Assembly: GCA_030625165.1 (NCBI GenBank)
Contig: DAOURL010000002.1
Coordinates: 1 to 43,200 of the forward strand
Length of the DNA stretch: 43,200 nt
Reading direction: 5' to 3'
From: Methanosarcinales archaeon
GTDB lineage: Archaea > Halobacteriota > Methanosarcinia > Methanosarcinales > Methanogasteraceae
Shown: positions 9,886 through 17,312 of the stretch, in pieces
How the letters are laid out: the number at the start of each line of letters is the position of its first letter
How positions within the stretch are numbered: the first letter of the stretch is position 1
Notes under the pieces: generated by a model
What the model saw: the letters and a program-made list of their open reading frames with translations, nothing else
Databases searched by the model: none
What the model was told of the DNA's origin: nothing
Position numbers and translations under genes: made by a program

Positions 9886-11280
9886 ATGAAGATCAACAGC
9901 CCTCTGCAGGCTTACGAGTACCTGCCGAAGACGAACTGCGGGGACTGTGGGGAACCGACATGCATGGCGTTTGCCTCGCATCTGATCGATCGGTCGATGA
10001 AGGCAGAGGAGTGCCCGCCACTGCTCGACGAAACATATAAAGATAATTATAACACGCTCGTCGATCTGCTTGCGCCTGAGATACGCGAGGTCGTAATCGG
10101 AACCGGCGACCATGCGATCACCATCGGCGGGGATGATGTGTTGTATCGGCACAAGCTGACCTTCTTTAATAAAACCGCCTTCGCTTATGACGTGTGGGAC
10201 ACAATGAGCGAGGAAGAACTGGTCAAACGCGTCAACGATATTCAGAACTACAAAAAATTTTACATCGGCGAGTTCCTGACACTTGACGCGGTTGCGATCA
10301 GATGCACATCCGGCGATGCGGATCAGTTCGCGCAAACGACCGCGAAAGTGATGGAAACGACCGAACTGCCGCTTCTGCTATGTTCGCTTGATCCGGAGGT
10401 TCTTGGTGCAGGACTTGCCGTTGCTGCCGATCGAAAGCCACTGATCTATGCCGCAACTACTGAAAACTGGCGCGATGTTGCAGAGCTTGCACTCACACAT
10501 AACGTCCCTGTGGTGCTCTCTGCGCCAAACGATCCGGATGCCTTAAAATCGCTTGCACTGACGTTTGCGTCGGCGGGCATCACCGACCTCGTGCTCGATC
10601 CGGGGACGTCTCCGACAGACGGGCTGCGGGACTCCTTTGAGAACTTCCTGAAAATCAGGCGTGCAGGGATCGACGGGCAGACCGATATCGCATATCCTCT
10701 GATGGCGGTTCCCATGACCGTCTGGGAACGTTTCGATGGTATAAGTGCGGCATACTGGGAGAGCGTGCTTGCATCGATCTTCACGGTCAGGTACGGGGAC
10801 ATCATGATCATGCACAGCATCGAGCCGTACTCGCTCCTTCCGGAACTGCATATCAGGGACACGGTCTACACCGACCCGAGAAAGCCGGTGATGGTCGATG
10901 CGGGCGTCTTTGAGGTCGGCTCGCCTGACCGGAAGTCGCCTGTCTTCGTAACAGCGAACTTTGCGCTGACATATTATACGGTGGAGAGCGATCTGGCGTC
11001 CAATGATATCGACTGCTATCTCTGCGTGGTGGATACCGACGGCATCGGCGTCGAGGCGGCGGTGGCAGGCGGGCAGCTCACTGCGGCAAAGATCAAGGAC
11101 ATGTTCGATTCAGCAGGATTTGATGTGCAGGAGAAGACCGACCACGGCGCAATTATCCTTCCGGGACTTGCTGCACGGCTGCAAGGAGATGTTGAGGATA
11201 CAACCGGGCTTAACGTGATGATCGGACCTCCTGATTCAGGACAGATCCCGCGGTGGATGGAATCGAAGTGGGAGTCGTGA
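9886..11280 (+). CDS. cdhE: Acetyl-CoA decarbonylase/synthase gamma subunit (corrinoid Fe-S protein large subunit)
   Basis: Start MKINSPLQAYEYLPKTNCGDCGEPTCMAFA (4Fe-4S motif), YTDPRKP, TANFALTYYTVESD, IILPGLAA. Confidence 0.95.
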   Translation: MKINSPLQAYEYLPKTNCGDCGEPTCMAFASHLIDRSMKAEECPPLLDETYKDNYNTLVDLLAPEIREVVIGTGDHAITIGGDDVLYRHKLTFFNKTAFAYDVWDTMSEEELVKRVNDIQNYKKFYIGEFLTLDAVAIRCTSGDADQFAQTTAKVMETTELPLLLCSLDPEVLGAGLAVAADRKPLIYAATTENWRDVAELALTHNVPVVLSAPNDPDALKSLALTFASAGITDLVLDPGTSPTDGLRDSFENFLKIRRAGIDGQTDIAYPLMAVPMTVWERFDGISAAYWESVLASIFTVRYGDIMIMHSIEPYSLLPELHIRDTVYTDPRKPVMVDAGVFEVGSPDRKSPVFVTANFALTYYTVESDLASNDIDCYLCVVDTDGIGVEAAVAGGQLTAAKIKDMFDSAGFDVQEKTDHGAIILPGLAARLQGDVEDTTGLNVMIGPPDSGQIPRWMESKWES

Positions 11281-11283
11281 GGG

Positions 11284-11322
11284 TTTCACTTTCACCCCGC
11301 TCTTGGATTACTGATTTATATA
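11284..11322 (+). promoter_or_regulatory. TTTCACTTTCA box plus TATA box upstream of uvrC
   Basis: TTTCACTTTCACCCCGCTC at 11284-11302 (identical 19-mer before radA), TTTATATA at 11315-11322. Confidence 0.55.
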
Positions 11323-11502
11323 TGTGGGCTGATGTGCATATCAAGGACTTGCACAGCCCTACACGATTCTGGGCGGACCTGCAGATTCCTCCCCTCTTTT
11401 TATTTTTTTAACAACCCCGTCCAGACCCCCGACCCGTAAGATTCATTGCGGGTCCCGCTCGCATTACATATCAGACCGCAGGTAAGCGACTCTGAAAGAA
11501 CC

Positions 11503-13053
11503 ATGATCTGCCCATCCGGACTCCCGGAAAACCCAGGATGCTATCTCTTCAAAGATGCCGCTGATAACATAATCTACGTGGGGAAAGCAAAGAATCTCAA
11601 AAAGCGCGTCCATAGTTACTTCCAGAGACGCGAGCGCGACCCAAAGACCGAGGTCCTCGTAGAGAAAGCAGATTCTGTCGATTTCATCGTCACGGACAGC
11701 GAACTCGAGGCGCTGATCCTTGAAAACACCCTCATTAAGCGACACCAGCCGAGATATAATATCGACCTTAAGGATGCGAAGAGTTACGCATACATCCGGA
11801 TCACGGACGAGGAATTTCCGCGTATCGGGATTGCACGGAGGTTGGACGGAAGCGGAAGTTTCTTTGGTCCGTTTGTCACTGCAAAGGAGCGCGACTATAT
11901 CCTTTCGGTCGTGAAAAAGACGTTTAAGCTGCGATCATGTCGCAGACTCCCGAAACGGGCGTGTCTCAGGTACCATATCGGGTCGTGCAGCGCGCCGTGT
12001 ATCGGAAAGATCAGCAGCGAGGAGTACCGCACGCAAGTCGCCCGGGCGCAGTCGCATCTCCGCGGGAATACGAGCGATCTGATCCGGTCTTTATCGCAGG
12101 AGATGGCAGAAAAATCGATGGAACAGGAATTTGAGTTTGCGATGGAACTCAGGGACCAGATCGCTGCCATCGAGCACCTTGCAGAACGCCAGTATGTGGA
12201 TCGGCAGAAGAACTACGATGAGGATGTCATCAACTACGTGAAAAGCGATGGCAAGGTCTATCTCATGCTCTTCAACGTGTACAAGGGCATGCTCGCAGAC
12301 AAGCAGGAGTTTGTCTTCGATGAGCGCGAGGAGGTGATCGACGAGTTCCTTGTGCAGTACTACTCAGAGCACTGCCCGCCGCCCGAACTGATCCTGCCCT
12401 CGCAGGTAAGTGACGTGATCCCGGATTTCCTCATCCGTAGGAGCGGGCGGCGGGTCAGGATCACGATCCCGAAGCGGGGTGAGAAGAAGAAGCTGCTCGA
12501 TCTCGTCAGGAAGAACATCGAGATTTCATTCTTTGGCGGGCAGATCAAACTTGAGGCGCTGAAAAACCTTCTCGGGCTTCCCCGCGTCCCCACGGTCATC
12601 GAGTGCTTCGACATCTCCCACCTATCAGGCACGTCGATGGTCGCATCGATGGTGCAGTACAGGGCAGGAAAGCCGGATAAACGGAATTACAGGCGGTTCA
12701 AGATCAGGACGGTCGAGAAGATCGACGATTTCGCTGCCATTGCCGAGGTCGTGCGGAGACGGTATTCGCGCCTGAAAAGGGAGGATGGTGAATTCCCGGA
12801 TCTGGTAATCATCGATGGCGGAAAGGGGCAGCTCTCGGCAGCCCGCGGGGAGATTGAGAGGCTCGGGCTCAGGATTCCAATCATCTCCATCGCCAAGCGA
12901 GAGGAAGAGATCTATGTGCCGGGTCTCACCCATCCCCTGCCTTCTGACCGGAAGGATAAAGCATCGCTCTTTGTTCAGGAGATCCGGGATGAGGCGCACC
13001 GGTTCGCAGTCGCGTACCACCGGCTGCTCAGGCGAAAAGCGGTGGTGTCATGA
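11503..13053 (+). CDS. uvrC: Excinuclease ABC subunit C, lacking the C-terminal HhH2 domain
   Basis: GIY-YIG domain (PGCYLF..IIYVGKAKNLKKRV), UVR domain, ECFDISH, IDGGKGQL, RDEAHRFA; likely start ATG at 11503. Confidence 0.95.
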   Translation: MICPSGLPENPGCYLFKDAADNIIYVGKAKNLKKRVHSYFQRRERDPKTEVLVEKADSVDFIVTDSELEALILENTLIKRHQPRYNIDLKDAKSYAYIRITDEEFPRIGIARRLDGSGSFFGPFVTAKERDYILSVVKKTFKLRSCRRLPKRACLRYHIGSCSAPCIGKISSEEYRTQVARAQSHLRGNTSDLIRSLSQEMAEKSMEQEFEFAMELRDQIAAIEHLAERQYVDRQKNYDEDVINYVKSDGKVYLMLFNVYKGMLADKQEFVFDEREEVIDEFLVQYYSEHCPPPELILPSQVSDVIPDFLIRRSGRRVRITIPKRGEKKKLLDLVRKNIEISFFGGQIKLEALKNLLGLPRVPTVIECFDISHLSGTSMVASMVQYRAGKPDKRNYRRFKIRTVEKIDDFAAIAEVVRRRYSRLKREDGEFPDLVIIDGGKGQLSAARGEIERLGLRIPIISIAKREEEIYVPGLTHPLPSDRKDKASLFVQEIRDEAHRFAVAYHRLLRRKAVVS

Positions 13054-13059
13054 TCTTTC

Positions 13060-13287
13060 GGCTCTCTGGTAATTCGCGTTGCACACACTTTTTCGCCCTT
13101 ATAGAGGATCTGGCCATGATAAGGAAGATTAAACCACAGAGGACACGGAGGACACAGAGTGTTGTTATTTTTCCCTTTTGCCGCCTCTGTGTCCCTCTGT
13201 GATCTCCGTGGTTTTCCAAAACCTTATTCCAAAAATATCAAAAAGTCTCACGGGTTTTAGTCACTGCAACGCGAGATACCCAAGACC
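13060..13287. mobile_element. MITE family A, copy 1 (228 bp, perfect 9-bp target duplication)
   Basis: Flanked by TGATCTTTC at 13051-13059 and 13288-13296; imperfect ends GGCTCTCTGGTAA...ATACCCAAGACC; colinear inverted copy at 22133-22437. Confidence 0.85.
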
Positions 13288-13361
13288 TGATCTTTCGCGG
13301 TTTGCGGTGTGACGTTTATAGCCATTGAAGCCGAACAACTCTTCTGAAGTTCAGACCGACC

Positions 13362-13967
13362 ATGTTAGAACACTCGACCCACCCCGGCTACCAGATCCAC
13401 CTCGCAGATGATGTATACGAACCGGCAGAGGACTCCTACCTCTTAATCGACGTCGCACTAAATGAGATCGCGGGATCAAAGCAGCGATTGCGCATCATCG
13501 AGATCGGCACAGGCTCAGGGATCGTGACAGCGGCTATGATGCGAGATGCGCCGGAACACAGATACGCGGCAACCGATATCAGCCCCCATGCGGTAGCGTG
13601 TGCAAAGGCAAACCGCGTGCCTGTGATCCGTGCGGATCTCTTCAGCGGGATCAGGGGAAGATTCGATCTGATCATCTTTAATTCGCCGTATCTCCCGACC
13701 GCACCAGCCGAGCGGGTCGATGGCTGGCTCGATTATGCATGGAACGGCGGGGAGGATGGGCGGGCGGTCATCGACCGGTTCCTCGAGCGGGCTCAAGCGT
13801 TTCTCGCAGACCGCGGAAGCATCCTGCTCTTGCTCTCATCGCTGACCGGCATCGAGACTGTGCGTGAGCGCATGGCGTCGGCGGGTCTTGTGGTGCACGA
13901 GGTGGCGAGCATTCGATGCCCGGGCGAGCGGCTCGTGGTGCTGCGTGGATCACTTTCGTCAAAATAG
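13362..13967 (+). CDS. hemK: HemK2/PrmC-type N5-glutamine methyltransferase
   Basis: VYEPAEDSYLL, EIGTGSG, FNSPYLP, GGEDGRAVIDRF motifs. Confidence 0.9.
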   Translation: MLEHSTHPGYQIHLADDVYEPAEDSYLLIDVALNEIAGSKQRLRIIEIGTGSGIVTAAMMRDAPEHRYAATDISPHAVACAKANRVPVIRADLFSGIRGRFDLIIFNSPYLPTAPAERVDGWLDYAWNGGEDGRAVIDRFLERAQAFLADRGSILLLLSSLTGIETVRERMASAGLVVHEVASIRCPGERLVVLRGSLSSK

Positions 13968-14077
13968 AGTATAAAATATAATTTTGTTGTGTGCCAATCG
14001 TTGTTGTGGATCGTTATACAGTCTGCAGTGATGTACAGAGATCGTTTGGTTTGAGTACGCTGGGTTTGGTTAATTTT

Positions 14078-14449
14078 TTATTCATCTTTTTCTGCGCTAA
14101 CGTACATTTCCATGTCGCCACGAGAATATACTTGTTCTAAAATTCCCTGTAAAGTTTCAGCGAGTTTTTTGGCAGCCACATGGGACATATATATCCGAGT
14201 TCCATCGAGGAGAACTTTGTCGTCTTTCTTGATGCCAGGCATTTGAAGGAAGTCTATGTACACATCTCTATGGGTAGCTTGAATATATGCAAGATTTGAG
14301 TAGTGAACTGCAGATATATCTGGTACAATATCTTCCGGATCGAATCGGTAAATTTCTCCTAAATCGATTAAAACTGATTTTGCTTCTTCGTCTGAAGCTC
14401 TTTCTTCTTCCAGTACATCCTTTTCTTTTTCAGTAGTCATAAAAATCAA
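14078..14449 (-). CDS. DUF3467-like protein
   Basis: YSN...DVYIDFLQMP...RIYMSHVAAKKLAETL pattern; AT-rich; start overlaps the upstream stop. Confidence 0.6.
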   Translation of the reverse strand: MIFMTTEKEKDVLEEERASDEEAKSVLIDLGEIYRFDPEDIVPDISAVHYSNLAYIQATHRDVYIDFLQMPGIKKDDKVLLDGTRIYMSHVAAKKLAETLQGILEQVYSRGDMEMYVSAEKDE

Positions 14450-14964
14450 GCCTGCCCTGAAGCTAATATAACATTTTCTCCATATTGTTGTCCTTCACCT
14501 GCGAAGAATTTATCAGTCCAAATTCTGCCGTTGCATTCATATTGAGCCATAGTGGCAACAGCTAATGGCTGTACTTTGTGCCTTAGCACTTTCAAGTAGT
14601 AATCCAAAATAGCAGTATCCATACATTCCGTTCCATCTCTATCGTCTATCGAAGCATATGACAGGAATGTTAATGCAATAATTTTTTTTGCTTTCAAATT
14701 TAAACGATAAACAGGATGTTGTATATCGCTTATGTCTTTTTCAAGTAACCCGAGATTTGTAAGATTGGCAAGAGCTTTTCTAACGGTTGGTGCTCTAGCT
14801 CCAGTCATCTCTTCAAAATATTTGGGTCGATAGTCGCGATAGGGGTCAGCTACAACCTCTTCAATGATCTTTGTCTGTACATTATCCCCAAAAAGTCCAC
14901 CGTAGGGTTTGTCGAGATACATCTCAAATTCCCTTGGTAACTCTGGTAAGTGTTCTTCTGCCAT
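14446..14964 (-). CDS. Winged-helix DNA-binding protein with extended C-terminus
   Basis: LFGDNVQTKIIE...EMTGARAPTVRKALANLTNLGLLEK...VYRLN, a wHTH signature. Confidence 0.65.
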   Translation of the reverse strand: MAEEHLPELPREFEMYLDKPYGGLFGDNVQTKIIEEVVADPYRDYRPKYFEEMTGARAPTVRKALANLTNLGLLEKDISDIQHPVYRLNLKAKKIIALTFLSYASIDDRDGTECMDTAILDYYLKVLRHKVQPLAVATMAQYECNGRIWTDKFFAGEGQQYGENVILASGQA

Positions 14965-14992
14965 GTTAATTCATTCATAGCATCTTCTCTTA

Positions 14993-15262
14993 TTAAACCT
15001 TTGTCTTATTTTCTGTAACAGAAAATATTTTTTCCAATTGCTTTTTATGTCTATGATGGGGAACTTCAAGATCATAGTGCGATATCCATTGGGATGCCCA
15101 CACCTGATTTTCTAATTTAACTACTTTTTCTCCTTTATATCGATATATGCCTATGTATTGTGGACTTAATCCTTTGACAACACTTTCAATATCGAGTCCT
15201 TCAGCTTCCCATTTTTTCTTACATCGCTCAATCTCCTGATCGATCCGCGTTTTATTAGCCAT
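14993..15262 (-). CDS. Small basic hypothetical protein
   Basis: 89-aa AT-rich ORF co-oriented with the two downstream genes; HYDLEVPHHRH His cluster. Confidence 0.5.
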   Translation of the reverse strand: MANKTRIDQEIERCKKKWEAEGLDIESVVKGLSPQYIGIYRYKGEKVVKLENQVWASQWISHYDLEVPHHRHKKQLEKIFSVTENKTKV

Positions 15263-15555
15263 GAAAGAAATTTAGCAACAGGGTATGTTGGATCTGGCGG
15301 ATTAGGAACAACGGCCCGATTTTTATCGACTGCACTACGGGAAGAAAGTTTCGTATTATCGGACATTACCGCATTTTCTTATATCGTAGATAGATAAACC
15401 TGCTCATTTTAACTAAACAATGCCGTACACACACGACTCACCAATCCCCATAGCCAATCACGCACCCCCCGCCCACACTCATCCCATCGCCCGACCTCAG
15501 CCCATGGATGCCACTGACTCAAGCAAAGCGAAGTCAGGGGTCGGTGACGCCATGG

Positions 15556-15610
15556 TTCACTTTCAATTTCACTTTCACTTTCACCCCGCTCATGCCAAAC
15601 GGTTAATACT
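15556..15610 (+). promoter_or_regulatory. radA promoter with a TTTCAC hexamer array
   Basis: ttcac-tttcaa-tttcac-tttcac-tttcac at 15556-15584, then AAACGGTTAATAC BRE/TATA-like sequence about 35 nt before the ATG. Confidence 0.65.
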
Positions 15611-15638
15611 CCCCCAAAGACAGTTTGATCTGATCACC

Positions 15639-16613
15639 ATGAACGAAATATCGATAGAGGAACTCCCGGGTATCGGTCCTGCGACCGCTGAGAAACTGAA
15701 GGATGCGGGATTTAATTCAATCGAGGCGATTGCTGTTGCGTCGCCCTCGGAACTTGCGGGAACCGCGGAGATCGGGGAATCTACCGCTGTCAAGATCATC
15801 GCGGCAGCACGAACCTCTGCTGATGTCGGCGGATTCGAGACCGGAGACGCCATCCTCGAGCGCAGAAAAGAGATCGGCAAACTCAAGCTCGGATGCACCG
15901 AGGTTGACAACATGATGGGCGGGGGATTTGAAACACAGGCGATTACAGAGGTGTATGGCGAGTTTGGTTCCGGAAAGACGCAGATTGCGCATCAACTCGC
16001 AGTAAATGTGCAGTTACCGGTCGGCATGGGTGGACTATACGGATCTGTGATCATCATCGACACAGAGAACACATTCCGACCGGACCGGATCACAAGCATG
16101 GTGGAGGGTGCGTCAAAGAGATACGAAACCGAGTACGATCCCGAGGAATTCCTAAAAAACATCCATGTTGCCCGTGCATACAACTCCAACCATCAGATCC
16201 TTCTCATGGACACCGCATCCGAACTTGCGGATTCGCTCCGGGATACTGATAAGCCGGTACGCCTCCTGATTGTCGATTCGCTGACAGCGCACTTCCGGGC
16301 AGAGTATGTCGGCAGGGGCACGCTTGCTGACAGGCAGCAGAAATTAAACAAGCATCTGCACGCCCTCATGCGATTTGGCGACCTCCACAATGCGATGGTC
16401 TTTGTGACCAATCAGGTTATGTCAAAGCCAGATGCATTCTTCGGCGATCCGACAAAACCGATCGGCGGGCACATTCTCGGGCACACCTCGACATTCCGGC
16501 TATATCTGCGGAAATCGAAAGGCGACAAGCGGGTTGCAAAACTGGTCGACTCACCCAATCTGCCAGACGGCGAGGCACTATACACAGTGACACCGGAGGG
16601 GCTCTTCGATTGA
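15639..16613 (+). CDS. radA: DNA repair and recombination protein RadA (no intein)
   Basis: Start [54 protein letters not shown] motifs. Confidence 0.97.
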   Translation: MNEISIEELPGIGPATAEKLKDAGFNSIEAIAVASPSELAGTAEIGESTAVKIIAAARTSADVGGFETGDAILERRKEIGKLKLGCTEVDNMMGGGFETQAITEVYGEFGSGKTQIAHQLAVNVQLPVGMGGLYGSVIIIDTENTFRPDRITSMVEGASKRYETEYDPEEFLKNIHVARAYNSNHQILLMDTASELADSLRDTDKPVRLLIVDSLTAHFRAEYVGRGTLADRQQKLNKHLHALMRFGDLHNAMVFVTNQVMSKPDAFFGDPTKPIGGHILGHTSTFRLYLRKSKGDKRVAKLVDSPNLPDGEALYTVTPEGLFD

Positions 16614-17284
16614 TTGTGAAGGCGATTGCGATCGATATCGATGGCACGCTGACGCACAAGGACCGGAGCATCGACTGCCGCGCAGTAGAGTGCCTTCGCT
16701 CGCTTGATATCCCGATCGTGCTCGCTACAGGTAACGTGCTCTGCTTTGCAAGGGCGGCAGCGAAACTGATCGGAACCGGCGGGCAGATCATCGCGGAGAA
16801 CGGCGGCGTGGTCTCGCTTGAATACGATGGCAGGGAGTACTACAATGGCGATATCGATGCATGTGAACGTGCGTTTGATGCATTGACAGAACATCTTGGT
16901 GTGCATATCCAAAAACTCGATCCAGAGTACAGAAAGACCGATATAGCGCTTCGGAGGAACTTTGATGCTGCGGATGCGCGGCAGATCGTTGGCGAGGATA
17001 TCGATGTTGTGGATTCGGGATACGCCATCCATCTAAAGAGCAAGGATGTGGACAAGGGAACCGGACTCTTCCGGATAGCTGGTCTCATGGGTATCGATGC
17101 AAGCGACTTTGCTGCCATCGGGGACTCTGAAAACGATCTGCAACTGCTTGCCGCGGCTGGATTTGGGGTCGCTGTCGGTAATGCGCATCCGGCGCTTGCG
17201 GCTGCTGCCGATCTCGTGACCGCTGGCGAGTATGGCGCAGGCGTTGTCGAGGCGATCCAGTATCTGGCATCTTGCAAGATCTGA
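16610..17284 (+). CDS. pgp: Phosphoglycolate phosphatase (HAD, archaeal SPP-like)
   Basis: DIDGTLT, ATGN, AENGG, GDSEND motifs; TTG start overlaps the radA stop. Confidence 0.85.
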   Translation: MIVKAIAIDIDGTLTHKDRSIDCRAVECLRSLDIPIVLATGNVLCFARAAAKLIGTGGQIIAENGGVVSLEYDGREYYNGDIDACERAFDALTEHLGVHIQKLDPEYRKTDIALRRNFDAADARQIVGEDIDVVDSGYAIHLKSKDVDKGTGLFRIAGLMGIDASDFAAIGDSENDLQLLAAAGFGVAVGNAHPALAAAADLVTAGEYGAGVVEAIQYLASCKI

Positions 17285-17312
17285 TCCCCACCGCATTCAG
17301 ACGGCGTAAACC

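Noticed and set aside
13040..13060. UvrC truncation (missing HhH2) caused by the MITE insertion
   Set aside because: The TGA is inside the duplicated target, so the stop predates the insertion; no HhH coding sequence is evident beyond the element.
15420..15638. N-terminal extension of RadA in the ORF track (HFQFHFHFH)
   Set aside because: It is translated promoter DNA (TTTCAC repeats); RadA similarity starts at ATG 15639. The extensions given for cdhE, uvrC and fumA were trimmed for similar reasons.
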